A stretch of 64,000 nt of DNA from an uncultured Spirochaetota bacterium (GCA_963734545.1 CAVTHO010000008.1:544001-608000), one strand, 5' to 3'; shown: positions 1-10,426, counted from the stretch's first letter. Program-made: numbers and translations. Notes: generated from the sequence alone by a model not told the origin.

Positions 1-161
1 GTGTCCACGAGTCTCGCGTAGTCTTTCTGAGTCAGGTTCCTGGTATACTGGCCGACGACAGAGTTGGTGAGCACGAGGCTGGCCATGCCGACGGCACCGA
101 CAAGGGTCATGATGCCGGCCACAAGGAGGAAAGAAAGGCTGATCTTGGCCTTCATTTTCAT
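1..161 (-). CDS. Partial (5' end) membrane sensor, probably methyl-accepting chemotaxis protein
   Basis: Read manually: MKMKAKISLSFLLVAGIMTLVGAVGMASLVLTN..., a basic N-terminus plus TM helix typical of MCP/4HB sensors; GGAG/AGGA RBS upstream; runs off the window edge. Confidence 0.5.
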   Translation of the reverse strand, partial: MKMKAKISLSFLLVAGIMTLVGAVGMASLVLTNSVVGQYTRNLTQKDYARLVD

Positions 162-349
162 GCGTGCTATCCTTTCTCCATGTGATCGCGCATCTGAGCC
201 GACGTAGCCGGCGGATTTTGCGTGATCGTGCATAGCCCCGCGGACACATGGGGCTGCGTAGAGGAATGGCCACTTGAAATGGAGATCGTAAAGAATATAG
301 CATCAATGGAGGAATAAATCAATTCACGATTTCGTCACGGGGAGGAGCC

Positions 350-709
350 ATGAGCCGCGTACAGTTCATCACGCACAAGGGTAAAAAGATCCTGTACTTC
401 GATTTGTCGATGTGCAAGATCGCCGAGATCTCCGCGGTCGTTGCAGAGGCCAAGCGCGCGGTGAGCAGCCAGCCGCCGGGCTCGGTGCTTGCTTTAACCA
501 ATGTCACCGAAACCGAGCTCAGCAAGGACAGCAGCGCGATCATCAAGGACTTCACCGCGCACAATAAGCCCTACATCAAGGCCTCGGCGGTCGTCGGCGT
601 CGAGGGTCTCCGCAAGGTCATCTACAATGCCGCGATGGCTTTCAGTGGAAGGCAGATCTCCGCGTTCGGGACACTGGATCAGGCAAAGGACTGGCTGGCC
701 ACCCAGTAA
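350..709 (+). CDS. STAS/SEC14 (SpoIIAA-like) domain protein
   Basis: GGAGGAG RBS; alpha/beta pattern ending AFGTLDQAKDWL, typical of the family. Confidence 0.7.
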   Translation: MSRVQFITHKGKKILYFDLSMCKIAEISAVVAEAKRAVSSQPPGSVLALTNVTETELSKDSSAIIKDFTAHNKPYIKASAVVGVEGLRKVIYNAAMAFSGRQISAFGTLDQAKDWLATQ

Positions 710-1570
710 GACGGGCGATGAAGGAAGTCCACCCCGCATAGCCTCTCGCTCATCTCCCAGAGCAGCCGTGTATCCTCGCCGCGCGCGGAGGCGTCGGAGG
801 AAGGAATCGGCTGCCGCTCCTTCCAGTACAATCCGGTTTTGCCTGCAACGCGGGGGGCCATGGCGAGAAACGCAACCGACGCTGCGGCATGCTGCGGGCT
901 CACGCCCCTTCGCGCGCGCAGTCTCCATGCTGTCCGCACGATGAAGCCTGTACGCTTCGCGCCGATGTCCGTCTTCACGAGCCCCGGGTCCACGCCGTAT
1001 GTGTCGATGCGGGAGCCGGGGCCCAGACGCCGCGCCAGCTCGCGGCAGAACATCACGACCGCCAGCTTCGATTGATCGTACGCCGCGAGGCCGAAGTATC
1101 GGCGGCGCATCCCCACATCGTCCCAGCGAATTCTTCCCGGCGAAGTGAGAACCGGAGCTCACGCCAATGACGCGCGCCGCGTCGGAAGCGGCGAGCAGGG
1201 GAAACAGCTCCCGCGTGAGCAGGAACCCGGCAAGGTGGTTGACCGCGAATTGAAGCTCGATCCCGTCCGGTGACTCCTGGTAGGTGGAGGTGAACGCACC
1301 GGCGTTGTTGATCAGAACGTCGACACGAGGGTGCGTCTCGGAAAGCCGGCGCGCCAGGTCCCTCACCTCCTGCTGAGACGCCAGGTCCGCCACCTCGAAA
1401 TCGATATCCGCGCTTCCCGTCCTCCTCTTCAGCCCTTCCCGCGCCGCTCTGCAGCGCGCCGGATCGCGCCCCACGCCGATCACCTGCGCTCCTGCCGCTG
1501 CCAGGATGGCGGCCGTCTCCCAGCCGATCCCCGCGCTCGCGCCCGTGATCACGCACGTTCTCCCTTTCAT
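679..1570 (-). CDS. Retinol-dehydrogenase-like SDR, one apparent +1 frameshift near 1132
   Basis: TGASAGIG and NNAG motifs in ORF 494..1579; YDQSK catalytic motif and DPGLVKT in ORF 679..1116; removing one base joins the frames (HFAGRIRWDDV). Confidence 0.8.
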
Positions 1571-1722
1571 TCCTGCCACGCCTCCTTGGACGAAGCCGGG
1601 GGAGCAAACCCTTCATTCTCTTGATCATGTGATGAAACCGCATGATTCGCGGCCTGAAGGGTTTTATCGGCCGCTGCAGTCAGAATGGAGGCAGACAGGA
1701 AACAAAGGGAAGGAGTCGTCAC

Positions 1723-2601
1723 ATGAACGAAGAATGCCGCCAGGAGCGGCCGGGGGAAACGGCACAGTATGCCCTTGTCACGGGAGCCAGCGGCGGGCTG
1801 GGGGGCGCATTCGCCCTCCACGCGGCCCGCCGGGGATGGCACCTCATCCTGGTCGACCTGCCCGGCACGGGCCTGGCGGACGTCGGCCTGCGTCTTTCGC
1901 GGGCCTACAGGGTGGAGGCGCAATGCTTCGAGATGGACCTTGCGGATGCAAAGGCCCGCGGGAGGCTCTGCGACTGGATCCGCTGCAATTCCCTCAACCT
2001 CGCGCTCCTGGTGAACAACGCGGGCACCGGTTCCCACGCCGGTTTCGAGGCCTCCCCGCTGGATCGGCTCGCGGGCATCATCGACGTGAACATCAAGGCA
2101 ACCATGGCCCTGACGCACATTCTCCTGCCGGAGCTCAGGAAGCAGCAGGGGGCGGCCATCATAAACGTGGCCAGCCTCGCGGCCTTCTACCCGATGCCCG
2201 CCATGGCCGTTTACGCGGCGTCCAAGAGCTTCATACTGAACTTCACCCTTGCCCTCCGGGCAGAGCTTCGCGGCACCGGAGTACGCGCCAGCGCGCTGTG
2301 TCCGGCGGGAATGGTCACCAACCGCGACACGGCGGACCAGGTAAAGGCGCAGGGCTTTTTCGGCCGGATCACGACCTGGCAGCCGGAAAACGTCGCGGCG
2401 GTTGCCATCCGGCAGGCCCTGCGGGGCAAGGCGGTGATCATCCCCGGGCTGGCAAACCGCGTGATCCGCCTCCTCGGCGAGGCGATCCCGCGCCGGCTCG
2501 TGGTGAACCTTATTGGAAAACGCTGGCGTGATGCGGAGCGCGTCATCCGGGGGGCGCCTTCGGGACGAGGCGCCCCGATTGTCTCGGATTCTTTCGTGTG
2601 A
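1723..2601 (+). CDS. Short-chain dehydrogenase/reductase (DltE-like)
   Basis: TGASGGLG, NNAG and YAASK motifs; AGGAG RBS before ATG 1723. Confidence 0.88.
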   Translation: MNEECRQERPGETAQYALVTGASGGLGGAFALHAARRGWHLILVDLPGTGLADVGLRLSRAYRVEAQCFEMDLADAKARGRLCDWIRCNSLNLALLVNNAGTGSHAGFEASPLDRLAGIIDVNIKATMALTHILLPELRKQQGAAIINVASLAAFYPMPAMAVYAASKSFILNFTLALRAELRGTGVRASALCPAGMVTNRDTADQVKAQGFFGRITTWQPENVAAVAIRQALRGKAVIIPGLANRVIRLLGEAIPRRLVVNLIGKRWRDAERVIRGAPSGRGAPIVSDSFV

Positions 2602-2629
2602 TTCAATCACGTGCGTGAACAGAACCCCC

Positions 2630-3652
2630 ATGGATGACCTTATCGCCCGGCTCCCGAAGGCGGAGCTTCACCTGCATCTGGAGGGAACGATCGGGGCAGA
2701 GGCCCTCTGGGGAATGGCGCAGGCGAACCACGTCGCGCTGCCCGTCGGTACTTTCGCCGAGCTCGAGCGGCTCTACGATTTCACGAGCTTCGACGCCTTC
2801 ATCGAGCTGTGGCTCCTCATGTGCGCGTGCCTGCGCACGGATGACGATTACCGACGCATGGTCGACGGTTTCATCGCGGACTGCGCGCGTCAGAACATCC
2901 GCTATGCCGAGCTTCATTTCACCCCTTACAATCACGAGAAGCTCGGCATAGGCGGCCGGCGCGCGCTCGATGTCGTGACGGACAGGCTGCAGAGCGCCGC
3001 GGCCGGCGGGGGCCCCACCGTGCGCCTGATCACGGACATCTCCAGCGAATCTGCGGAGCAGAGCGGCCCCTTCACTGTGGCGCTGCTGGAAGAAGAGGCA
3101 AACCCCCTGATCGTCGCCCTCGGGCTCGGGGGACCTGAACAGGGGCTGCCCCGTTCCCGATTCGCCGCATTGTTCGCGCGCGCGCGCAGGGCGGGGTACC
3201 ACACCGTTGCCCATGCGGGAGAAACGGGAGGCGCCGATCACGTGCGCCAGGCCGTGGTGGATCTCGGCGCGCGCCGGGTCCAGCACGGCGTGCGCGCGGT
3301 GGAGGATCCGGCCGTGCTCGCGCTCCTGGCGGAGCGGCGCGTCTGCTGCGATATCGCGCTGACGAGCAATGAGTGTCTCAAGGTGGTTGCCTCGGTTGCC
3401 GCGCACCCATTGCGCCGCTTCATGGAGGCGGGAATACCGGTGACCCTCTCCACGGACGATCCTCCCTTTTTCGGCACCGATCTCGCGCGGGAGTGGCGGC
3501 GCGCGCGCGACGAGCTCGGGCTCTCCCTGCGGGAGCTCTGGGAGCTGAACCTGAATGGCCTCCGCTACGGCCTTGCGGAAACGGGAGTCCGCAGGCGCCT
3601 CATGGGCGAGTTCATCGCGGCCGCCGCGGCGCTGGCGCCTGCGTGGGATTGA
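2630..3652 (+). CDS. add: Adenosine/adenine deaminase family protein
   Basis: LPKAELHLHLEG, HAGE, QHG and STDDP metal-binding motifs. Confidence 0.85.
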   Translation: MDDLIARLPKAELHLHLEGTIGAEALWGMAQANHVALPVGTFAELERLYDFTSFDAFIELWLLMCACLRTDDDYRRMVDGFIADCARQNIRYAELHFTPYNHEKLGIGGRRALDVVTDRLQSAAAGGGPTVRLITDISSESAEQSGPFTVALLEEEANPLIVALGLGGPEQGLPRSRFAALFARARRAGYHTVAHAGETGGADHVRQAVVDLGARRVQHGVRAVEDPAVLALLAERRVCCDIALTSNECLKVVASVAAHPLRRFMEAGIPVTLSTDDPPFFGTDLAREWRRARDELGLSLRELWELNLNGLRYGLAETGVRRRLMGEFIAAAAALAPAWD

Positions 3653-3658
3653 AACCGA

Positions 3659-3752
3659 AATCCGCGGATTACCGCGGTGCAGAATCCGCGGATTACCGCG
3701 GTGCAGAATCCGCGGATTACCGCGGTGCAGAATCCGCGGATTACCGCGGTGC
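3659..3752. repeat. 24-bp tandem repeat, ~4 copies, AATCCGCGGATTACCGCGGTGCAG, internally palindromic
   Basis: Identical units at 3659, 3683, 3707 and 3731 (last one 22 bp); lies between convergent genes and overlaps the aminotransferase stop. Confidence 0.95.
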
Positions 3753-4865
3753 GCTCTCCATGAATTCTTCCAGGCAATGAAGCGCCTCCGGCATGTTCCT
3801 GCGGCCGAAGCCGATGCGGAAATGGTTTCCCTTGTCTTCGTACACGGTGCCGGGGAGAAGCAGTACGCTTTTCGCGTGCGCGAGCTGGTCGCAGAAGGCT
3901 TCCACCTCTCCGCGCAGGAGCCGAGGGAAGGCGATGGGCCCTGCCCGCGGGCGCTTCCACGAGAAGCTGTCCGCATGCCGGGCGAAGAAGGCATCCAGCA
4001 GCGCCAGGTTGGCGCGCACGATCGCGCGGTTGCGCGCGGCGATCGTCTCTCCGTGCCGCAGCGCAAGCTCGGCAAGGAACTCGCTCGGCGCGCCGGCGCA
4101 GATGGTCGTGTAGTCTTTCAGGGACGCCATCCGCGCGCGCACGGGCTCGTTGCGGGTGGCGATCCATCCGATGCGCAGGCCGGCAAGGCCGTACGTCTTT
4201 GACATCACCCCCAGGGACACCGCGCGCGCGCTCAGCTCGCAGGCCGCGGGAAGCCTGTCCGACTCGCTTTGCTCCAGGCCCCGATACACTTCGTCGGAAA
4301 AGAGGGTGATGCCGTTCGCATCCGCGATGCGGATGAGCTCCCGGAACTGCTCGATCTGCATGTGAAAGCCCGTGGGGTTGTGCGGGGTATTGAAAACGAT
4401 GACCTTTGTGCGCCGCGTGATGAGTTTCTCGAGCTCCCTGAGATCTGGCGCCCAGCCGTTTTCCTCGCGCGCCTGCCAGGCGGTGACATGACAGCCGATG
4501 CCGCGCGCTACCTCGAACAGGGACTGGTAGCAGGGCTGCTGGACGATCACGTGGTCACCCGGATCGAGGGCGGCGTGCATGAAGAGGAATATCGCCTCCT
4601 CCGCGCCGGCGTGCACGAGGATCTGCTCCGGGCCGATCCCTCCGTAGAGACGGGCGATTTCCTGCCGGAGAGAGGGGCTGCCGCTGCTTTCGGTATAGCC
4701 GAGCCGATGGCCGAGGAACCCTTCGTGCGCGCCGGGCTCGAGCGCGAGGAGCTCCTGGATGCTCATCGACTCGCAGTCCGAGCTGCACAGGAGGTGTGCA
4801 ACGGCAAACTCGTGCCGGGCAAAGTATCTCTCCAGCGCAAAAGGGGGCAAGCGCATCTGTTTCAT
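3741..4865 (-). CDS. Class I/II PLP-dependent aminotransferase (VioD/capreomycidine-synthase-like subfamily)
   Basis: FALERYFARHEF N-terminus, NTPHNPTG, DEVY, SKTYGLAGLRIGW. Confidence 0.88.
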   Translation of the reverse strand: MKQMRLPPFALERYFARHEFAVAHLLCSSDCESMSIQELLALEPGAHEGFLGHRLGYTESSGSPSLRQEIARLYGGIGPEQILVHAGAEEAIFLFMHAALDPGDHVIVQQPCYQSLFEVARGIGCHVTAWQAREENGWAPDLRELEKLITRRTKVIVFNTPHNPTGFHMQIEQFRELIRIADANGITLFSDEVYRGLEQSESDRLPAACELSARAVSLGVMSKTYGLAGLRIGWIATRNEPVRARMASLKDYTTICAGAPSEFLAELALRHGETIAARNRAIVRANLALLDAFFARHADSFSWKRPRAGPIAFPRLLRGEVEAFCDQLAHAKSVLLLPGTVYEDKGNHFRIGFGRRNMPEALHCLEEFMESAPR

Positions 4866-4930
4866 CCTCCGCGCAGCCAGACTATGGCTTACCGGGCCGA
4901 AAATCAAAGCCCGGGGCACATGAAAAGAGC

Positions 4931-4980
4931 TTGCGCGATCTGCTTGTTAATGGTACTGTGAGCTAGTAACTCTTGTTAGT
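4931..4980 (+). promoter_or_regulatory. Sigma70-type promoter and LacI operator-like palindrome upstream of lacI-GH65 operon
   Basis: TTGCGC-17bp-TACTGT with TG extension; AGTAACTCTTGTTAGT at 4965-4980 resembles the palindrome at 20470. Confidence 0.55.
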
Positions 4981-5052
4981 TACACTAAATTCGATGGATA
5001 GAGCGGCTAAACCCGTGCTTTTCATATTCTTTTTCGCCGGATCGGTCAACGG

Positions 5053-6074
5053 ATGAAAGGCGGGGCAGCGTCCTCCCAGGACGTTGCGCGGCGCGCAGGC
5101 GTATCGCGCACCACGGTGTCGTTCGTCCTGAACAATACTCCCGGAAAGACCATTCCCGAGGAAACGCGGCGGAAGGTCCTGGAAGCGGCGCGCGCCCTTT
5201 CCTACACTCCGAACGAGAAAGCGCGCAGCGTGGCAATGGTCAAGCACCACTCCATCGGCTTCTTCATCCCCCATTCAGGCTACATCTCTTCCGACGCGTA
5301 CATCACGCGCGTGATCGAGGGCATGACCCCGGTGCTCAACAAGGGGCGGTTCCAGCTCGTGCTCCAGCCCCTGAAGCTGAAGCAATTGAACTACCTGCAG
5401 CTTGCCCGGCAGGACAATGTCGACGGGCTCATCCTCATGAACACGCACGATGGTGACACGGGGCTTTCGGAGATCATCGACGAGGGTTTTCCGCTCGTCG
5501 TCATCGGGTCGATCTCCCGGGCGGACGTCTGCCAGATCGACATCGACAACGCGGCCGCTGCGTCCGCCGCCGTGCGGCACCTGATCTCGCTCGGCCACCG
5601 GCGAGATAGGGATGATCGTCCACGCGCCGCTCGTCTATTACGCGGCGCGCGATCGTTTCGCGGGGTTCCGCGCCGCGCTGGAGGAGGCGGACCTCCCCGT
5701 GCGCGCCGAGTGGGTGCGGGAAGCGAATCTGACCGAGGAAAGCGGCTACCTGGCGGCCCGGGAGATCCTCGCGGAAAGGCACAGACCGAGCGCCCTCTTC
5801 GCGGGAAACGACGTGGTCGCGTACGGCGCCATCCAGGCCATCAGGGACGCAAAGCTTCTCGATCCCCGACGATATCTCGGTGATCGGGTTCGACGACGAT
5901 CTTCTCTCACGGTACCTCAAGCCGCCGCTCACCACGGTCACCAACCCGGCTCCCGGCCTCGGCGCGGAGGCTGCGCGCCTGCTCATCGGCATCCTGCGGG
6001 GCCGGGGGAATCCCGGCGGCCGCATCGTCCTCCCGACCAGCCTCGCCCTGCGAGAGAGCTGCAGAGCACCCTGA
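5053..6074 (+). CDS. LacI-family transcriptional regulator, apparent +1 frameshifts near 5605 and 5858
   Basis: HTH DVARRAGVSRTTVSFVLN; periplasmic-binding-fold motifs (GNDVVAYG, IGFDD, PPLTTV) continue in two successive frames. Confidence 0.88.
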
Positions 6075-6090
6075 AGGGGAGCGGCAATCA

Positions 6091-9081
6091 ATGGCAGTCA
6101 CCGGCACGGCCTACCCGGCCGAAGCGTGGAGAATAAGGGAACCCGCGCTGGATCCTTCCCTGCTCCCCAGAAATGAAACCATATTCGCGCTGGGGAATGG
6201 AGCGCTGGGCATGCGCGGCTCGTTCGAAGAGGGCTTTCCCGGCGAGGTCTCCGGCACGTACGTGAACGGCTTCTACGAAGAGACGCCGATCGTCTACGGG
6301 GAAATCGCGTACGCGTATGCGAAAAACAGGCAGGTGATGCTGAACGTCGTGGACGGGAGGCCCATCCGGTTGACGGTCGGCGGGGACCGACTCGACTTGA
6401 GCACCGGGACCATCCTGTCGTATGAGAGGACGCTGGATCTGGCGCGGGGCGTGCTCGAGCGGGCGTTTCAGTGGCGCTCCCCCGGTGGAATCGAGATCGA
6501 CGTGCGCGCGCGCCGCATCGTCTCCTTCACCCGCCGGCACGTGGCGGCCATCGACTGGTCGGTGACGGTTCGGAAGGGCAAAGGCGCGCTGGTGGTCGAA
6601 TCATTCCTCGACGGAGGCGCGGGCAACCAGGCTTCGGGGGATGATCCGCGGATCGGCGCGCACTTTCGTGAACAGCCGCTTGCCGTCGTGCGGGGGGAAG
6701 CGGACGGGTTGAAGGGTCTTCTGACGCAGGAAACCCGCAACACGCGGTTGACGATCTCGTGCGCCATGGAGCACGCAATGCGCACCGAAGGGGATATGCA
6801 GCAGGTATCCGCACACGCATCCTTCACGGTTCCGCGCGCGGCGCTCACGATCACGGCACACGCCGCGGAGGGCGCGACCCTGCGCCTCTCCAAGTACCTG
6901 GGATACTGCACCACGCGGGAGTTCCCCCGGGCGGCGTGCGAGGCACGCGCCCGTGACGCCGCGGCGCAGGCGCGGGAGGCGGGATTCCCGGCCCTGTTGA
7001 AGGAGCAGAAACAGGTCCTCGACGATTTCTGGCATGCAGCGGACATCCAGCTCGATGGAGACGAAGCGCTGCAGCAGAGCCTGCGGTACAACCTGTTCAG
7101 CCTCTTCCAGTCCGCGGGACGCGACGGCCGCACGAGCATCGCGGCAAAGGGCCTCACCGGAGAAGGCTACGAGGGGCACTATTTCTGGGACACGGAGATC
7201 TACGTGCTTCCCTTCTTCATCTACACCCGGCCCGAAATCGCCCGGGCGCTCCTGCGCTACCGCTGCGGCATCCTCGACAAGGCGCGCGCGCGCGCGGCGG
7301 AGATGAGCCAGCGCGGCGCGCTTTTCCCCTGGCGCACGATCGGCGGCGAGGAGACCTCCGCGTATTATCCCGCCGGGACCGCCCAGTACCACATCAATGC
7401 AGACATCGTCCATGCTCTTCGAAAGTACAGGGAGGCGACGGAGGACACGACCCTGCTGCACGAGTGCGGCGCGGAAATGCTCTTCGAAACGGCGCGCCTG
7501 TGGGCCGACCTCGGCGCCTATATACCCCGCAAGGGCGGAGCGTTCTGCATCAACGAGGTGACGGGGCCCGATGAGTACACGGCCCTGGTCAACAACAACC
7601 TCTACACGAACCTCATGGCGCGCGAGAACCTCGCGTACGCGGCATCCGTCGCGGAGGAGATGCGGGAGACGACCCCTGCCGAGCTCGACCGGATCACGCG
7701 CGCAATCGGGCTCGCGGAGGCGGAGATCGACGAATGGCGCCGCGCTGCCCGCTGCATGTACGTCCCGTACGACAGAGAGCGGGGCATCCACGCGCAGGAC
7801 GACGCGTTTCTCGACCGGGCACAATGGGACTTCGCGCGCACGCCCGCGGAGAGCTACCCGCTCCTCCTGCACTACCATCCGCTGGTCATCTACCGGCACC
7901 AGGTGCTGAAGCAGCCGGACGTGGTCCTCGCCCAGGTGCTTCTCGGCAGCCACTTCACCCGGTCGGACAAGAAGCGGAACTTCGACTACTATGACCCGTT
8001 GACGACCGGTGACTCCTCCCTTTCACCCTGCATCCAGAGCGTTGCGGCCGCCGAGCTGGGCTACACGGAGATGGCGTACCGCTACTTCTCGCGCACGGCG
8101 CGCATGGACCTCGACGATGTGAACGGAAACGTGAAGGACGGAGTGCACACGGCGGCAATGGCGGGAACATGGATCTCGATCGTGTACGGGTTTGCCGGGA
8201 TGCGGGACTACGACGGAGCTCTCTCGTTCAATCCGAGGCTTCCCGGGCCGTGGACGCGCCTGCTGTTCCGTCTGCGGCACAGGGGGAGGCTCCTGGAGAT
8301 CGAAACGACACGCGAGACAGCGACGTACCGGCTCGACGAGGGCCAACCGATGTCCATCACCCATCGCGGCCGGGAGCTTCGTCTCGTTCCGGGCAGCCCG
8401 GTATCGGTCAGCCTCATCCCGACGCTCCAGTGCGTGATATTCGACCTGGACGGCGTTCTGACAGACACGGCGGAGCTTCATTTCCAGGCGTGGCAGCGTC
8501 TGGCAAAGGAGGAGGCGCTGCCGTTTGACCGGACGGTGAACGAGCACCTGAGAGGAGTGAGTCGGCTGAACAGCCTGGAGATCATTCTCCGGCACGCGGG
8601 GACGGAATTGGCGGCGGAGAAGAAGAAGGCGCTTGCGGAGCGGAAAAACGGCTACTACAGAGAGCTCATCTCCCGGCTCTCGCCCGCGGACCTCCTGCCC
8701 GGGATCGCGGATCTCCTGGCGCAGCTCAGGGAGATCGGCATCCGGACCGCGCTCGCCTCGGCGAGCCACAACGCCCGGGAGATCGTGCAGCGCCTGGATA
8801 TCGGTCGCTTCCTGGATCTCATCGTGGACCCTTCGGAAATCATCAAGGGAAAGCCGGACCCGGAGATCTTCTTCCGCGCCGCCGAGGGGCTCGGCGTCCC
8901 GTACGAGAGCTGCGCCGGCGTGGAAGACGCGGAGGTGGGGATCCGGGCCATCAAGGCGGCGGGCATGTTCGCCGTGGGCATTGGCAGCGGGCTTCGCGAG
9001 GCCGACTGGGTCCTTCCGGACACGCGCGGCCTGACGGCGGATGAGCTCGGGAAACGATTCACAGGGAGAAGCGGCACATGA
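6091..9081 (+). CDS. GH65 alpha-glucoside phosphorylase fused to C-terminal beta-phosphoglucomutase (HAD)
   Basis: ETIFALGNG, AKGLTGEGYEGHYFWDTE, GPDEY, KQPD, DSSLS; C-terminal FDLDGVLTDT, GKPDPEIF, GVEDA. Confidence 0.93.
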   Translation: MAVTGTAYPAEAWRIREPALDPSLLPRNETIFALGNGALGMRGSFEEGFPGEVSGTYVNGFYEETPIVYGEIAYAYAKNRQVMLNVVDGRPIRLTVGGDRLDLSTGTILSYERTLDLARGVLERAFQWRSPGGIEIDVRARRIVSFTRRHVAAIDWSVTVRKGKGALVVESFLDGGAGNQASGDDPRIGAHFREQPLAVVRGEADGLKGLLTQETRNTRLTISCAMEHAMRTEGDMQQVSAHASFTVPRAALTITAHAAEGATLRLSKYLGYCTTREFPRAACEARARDAAAQAREAGFPALLKEQKQVLDDFWHAADIQLDGDEALQQSLRYNLFSLFQSAGRDGRTSIAAKGLTGEGYEGHYFWDTEIYVLPFFIYTRPEIARALLRYRCGILDKARARAAEMSQRGALFPWRTIGGEETSAYYPAGTAQYHINADIVHALRKYREATEDTTLLHECGAEMLFETARLWADLGAYIPRKGGAFCINEVTGPDEYTALVNNNLYTNLMARENLAYAASVAEEMRETTPAELDRITRAIGLAEAEIDEWRRAARCMYVPYDRERGIHAQDDAFLDRAQWDFARTPAESYPLLLHYHPLVIYRHQVLKQPDVVLAQVLLGSHFTRSDKKRNFDYYDPLTTGDSSLSPCIQSVAAAELGYTEMAYRYFSRTARMDLDDVNGNVKDGVHTAAMAGTWISIVYGFAGMRDYDGALSFNPRLPGPWTRLLFRLRHRGRLLEIETTRETATYRLDEGQPMSITHRGRELRLVPGSPVSVSLIPTLQCVIFDLDGVLTDTAELHFQAWQRLAKEEALPFDRTVNEHLRGVSRLNSLEIILRHAGTELAAEKKKALAERKNGYYRELISRLSPADLLPGIADLLAQLREIGIRTALASASHNAREIVQRLDIGRFLDLIVDPSEIIKGKPDPEIFFRAAEGLGVPYESCAGVEDAEVGIRAIKAAGMFAVGIGSGLREADWVLPDTRGLTADELGKRFTGRSGT

Positions 9082-10367
9082 GATACGCGTACATGCATCC
9101 CCGGGAACAGATCGTCACCATCATGCGCCGCGTGTACGGGTACGGGATGACGACGACTTCCGGGGGAAACATTTCCATTCTCGAGGAAAACGGTGACATC
9201 TGGATCACCCCCGGCGGCACGGACAAGGGCACAATGGCTGAAGCCGATATCGTGCGCATGCGGGGAGACAGGATCGCGGAGGGGGCGCATCCGCCCTCTT
9301 CCGAGTACCCGTTTCACCGGGCCATCTACGAAAGGCGCCCGGATATCCGCGCGGTGCTGCACGCGCACCCGGCCGCCCTGGTGGCCTTCAGCCTCGTGCG
9401 CAGCATCCCGGATACGAGCATCATACCCCAGGCCCGGGCCGTGTGCGGCGCCGTGGGGTATGCCCCCTATGCCATTCCCGGCTCGGAAGAGCTGGGCCGC
9501 AACCTCGCGGAAGCCTTCGGGCACGGCTTCGACACGGTGCTGCTGGAGAACCACGGCGTTGCCGCGGGCGGCACGACTCTCCTGGAGGCCTTCCAGCGGT
9601 TCGAAACCCTCGATTTCTGCGCGCGCACGCTCGTCAACGCGAGCTCTCTCGGCCCGGGCCGCGGCCTGGGACCCGAGCAGATTGCCCTTTCTCAGAAGGG
9701 CAAGAACTACCAGCTCCCGGAATTCGATCCCCGGTCGCGCTCTTCCGCCGAGCGCAGCCTGCGCCGGGACATGCGCGATCTGGTGCACCGCGCCTATCGA
9801 CAGCGCCTCATGACCAGCACGGAAGGCACCGTCTCCGCCCGGGTGGACGCGGAGTCCTTCCTCATCAGCCCGTACGGCGTCGACCGCAGCTATCTCGAGG
9901 AGTCCGATATCGTGCTGATCCACCGAGGAGGGCGCGAACGCGGCGCCATCCCCAGCCGTGCGGTCGTCCTGCACCAGGAAATCTACGCGGCCAATCCCGG
10001 CATCAACGCCATTGCCAGCGCGCAATCTCCCGCGGTGACCGCCTTCTCCGTGACCAGCACGAAGCTGGACAGCGCCATCATCCCCGAAAGCTATATCGTG
10101 CTGAGGAACATCCCGCTTATCACCTACGGAAGGCAGTTCACCGACGAGCGTGCCCTGGCGCGGGAGATTTCCGCCCGCACCCCCGTGGTTCTCTTGCAGA
10201 ATGACGCGGTCCTGACAACGGGAGAGAGTCTCACGCAGGCGTTCGACAGGCTGGAGGTCGCGGAGTTCAGCGCCAACGCCGTCATCGCCGCGATGAAGCT
10301 CGGGCCGATCGCGCGGATCGATGCAGGCGCACTCGACGCCCTCTCTGAGAAGTTCGGGCTCGTGTGA
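9078..10367 (+). CDS. Class II aldolase/adducin protein with two tandem domains
   Basis: GGNIS, SSE..FH, HAH, ENHG in domain 1; a second homologous domain starts at STEGTVSAR; ATGA overlap with the GH65 gene. Confidence 0.88.
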   Translation: MRYAYMHPREQIVTIMRRVYGYGMTTTSGGNISILEENGDIWITPGGTDKGTMAEADIVRMRGDRIAEGAHPPSSEYPFHRAIYERRPDIRAVLHAHPAALVAFSLVRSIPDTSIIPQARAVCGAVGYAPYAIPGSEELGRNLAEAFGHGFDTVLLENHGVAAGGTTLLEAFQRFETLDFCARTLVNASSLGPGRGLGPEQIALSQKGKNYQLPEFDPRSRSSAERSLRRDMRDLVHRAYRQRLMTSTEGTVSARVDAESFLISPYGVDRSYLEESDIVLIHRGGRERGAIPSRAVVLHQEIYAANPGINAIASAQSPAVTAFSVTSTKLDSAIIPESYIVLRNIPLITYGRQFTDERALAREISARTPVVLLQNDAVLTTGESLTQAFDRLEVAEFSANAVIAAMKLGPIARIDAGALDALSEKFGLV

Positions 10368-10397
10368 GCGGCGCGCGGGTGCGCGCAGGAAAATGAA

Positions 10398-10421
10398 GCG
10401 CGCCGGGTCGCCCCGGCGTGC
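10398..10421. terminator. GC-rich hairpin between convergent genes
   Basis: GCGCGCCGGG-TCGC-CCCGGCGTGC. Confidence 0.5.
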
Positions 10422-10426
10422 CCGGT

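Noticed and set aside
2595-2615. CRP site (TGTGA...TCAC) upstream of the deaminase
   Set aside because: Spacer is 5 bp rather than 6 and it overlaps a stop codon; insufficient support
3659-3752. CRISPR array
   Set aside because: Units are directly adjacent with no unique spacers, and there are no cas genes in the window
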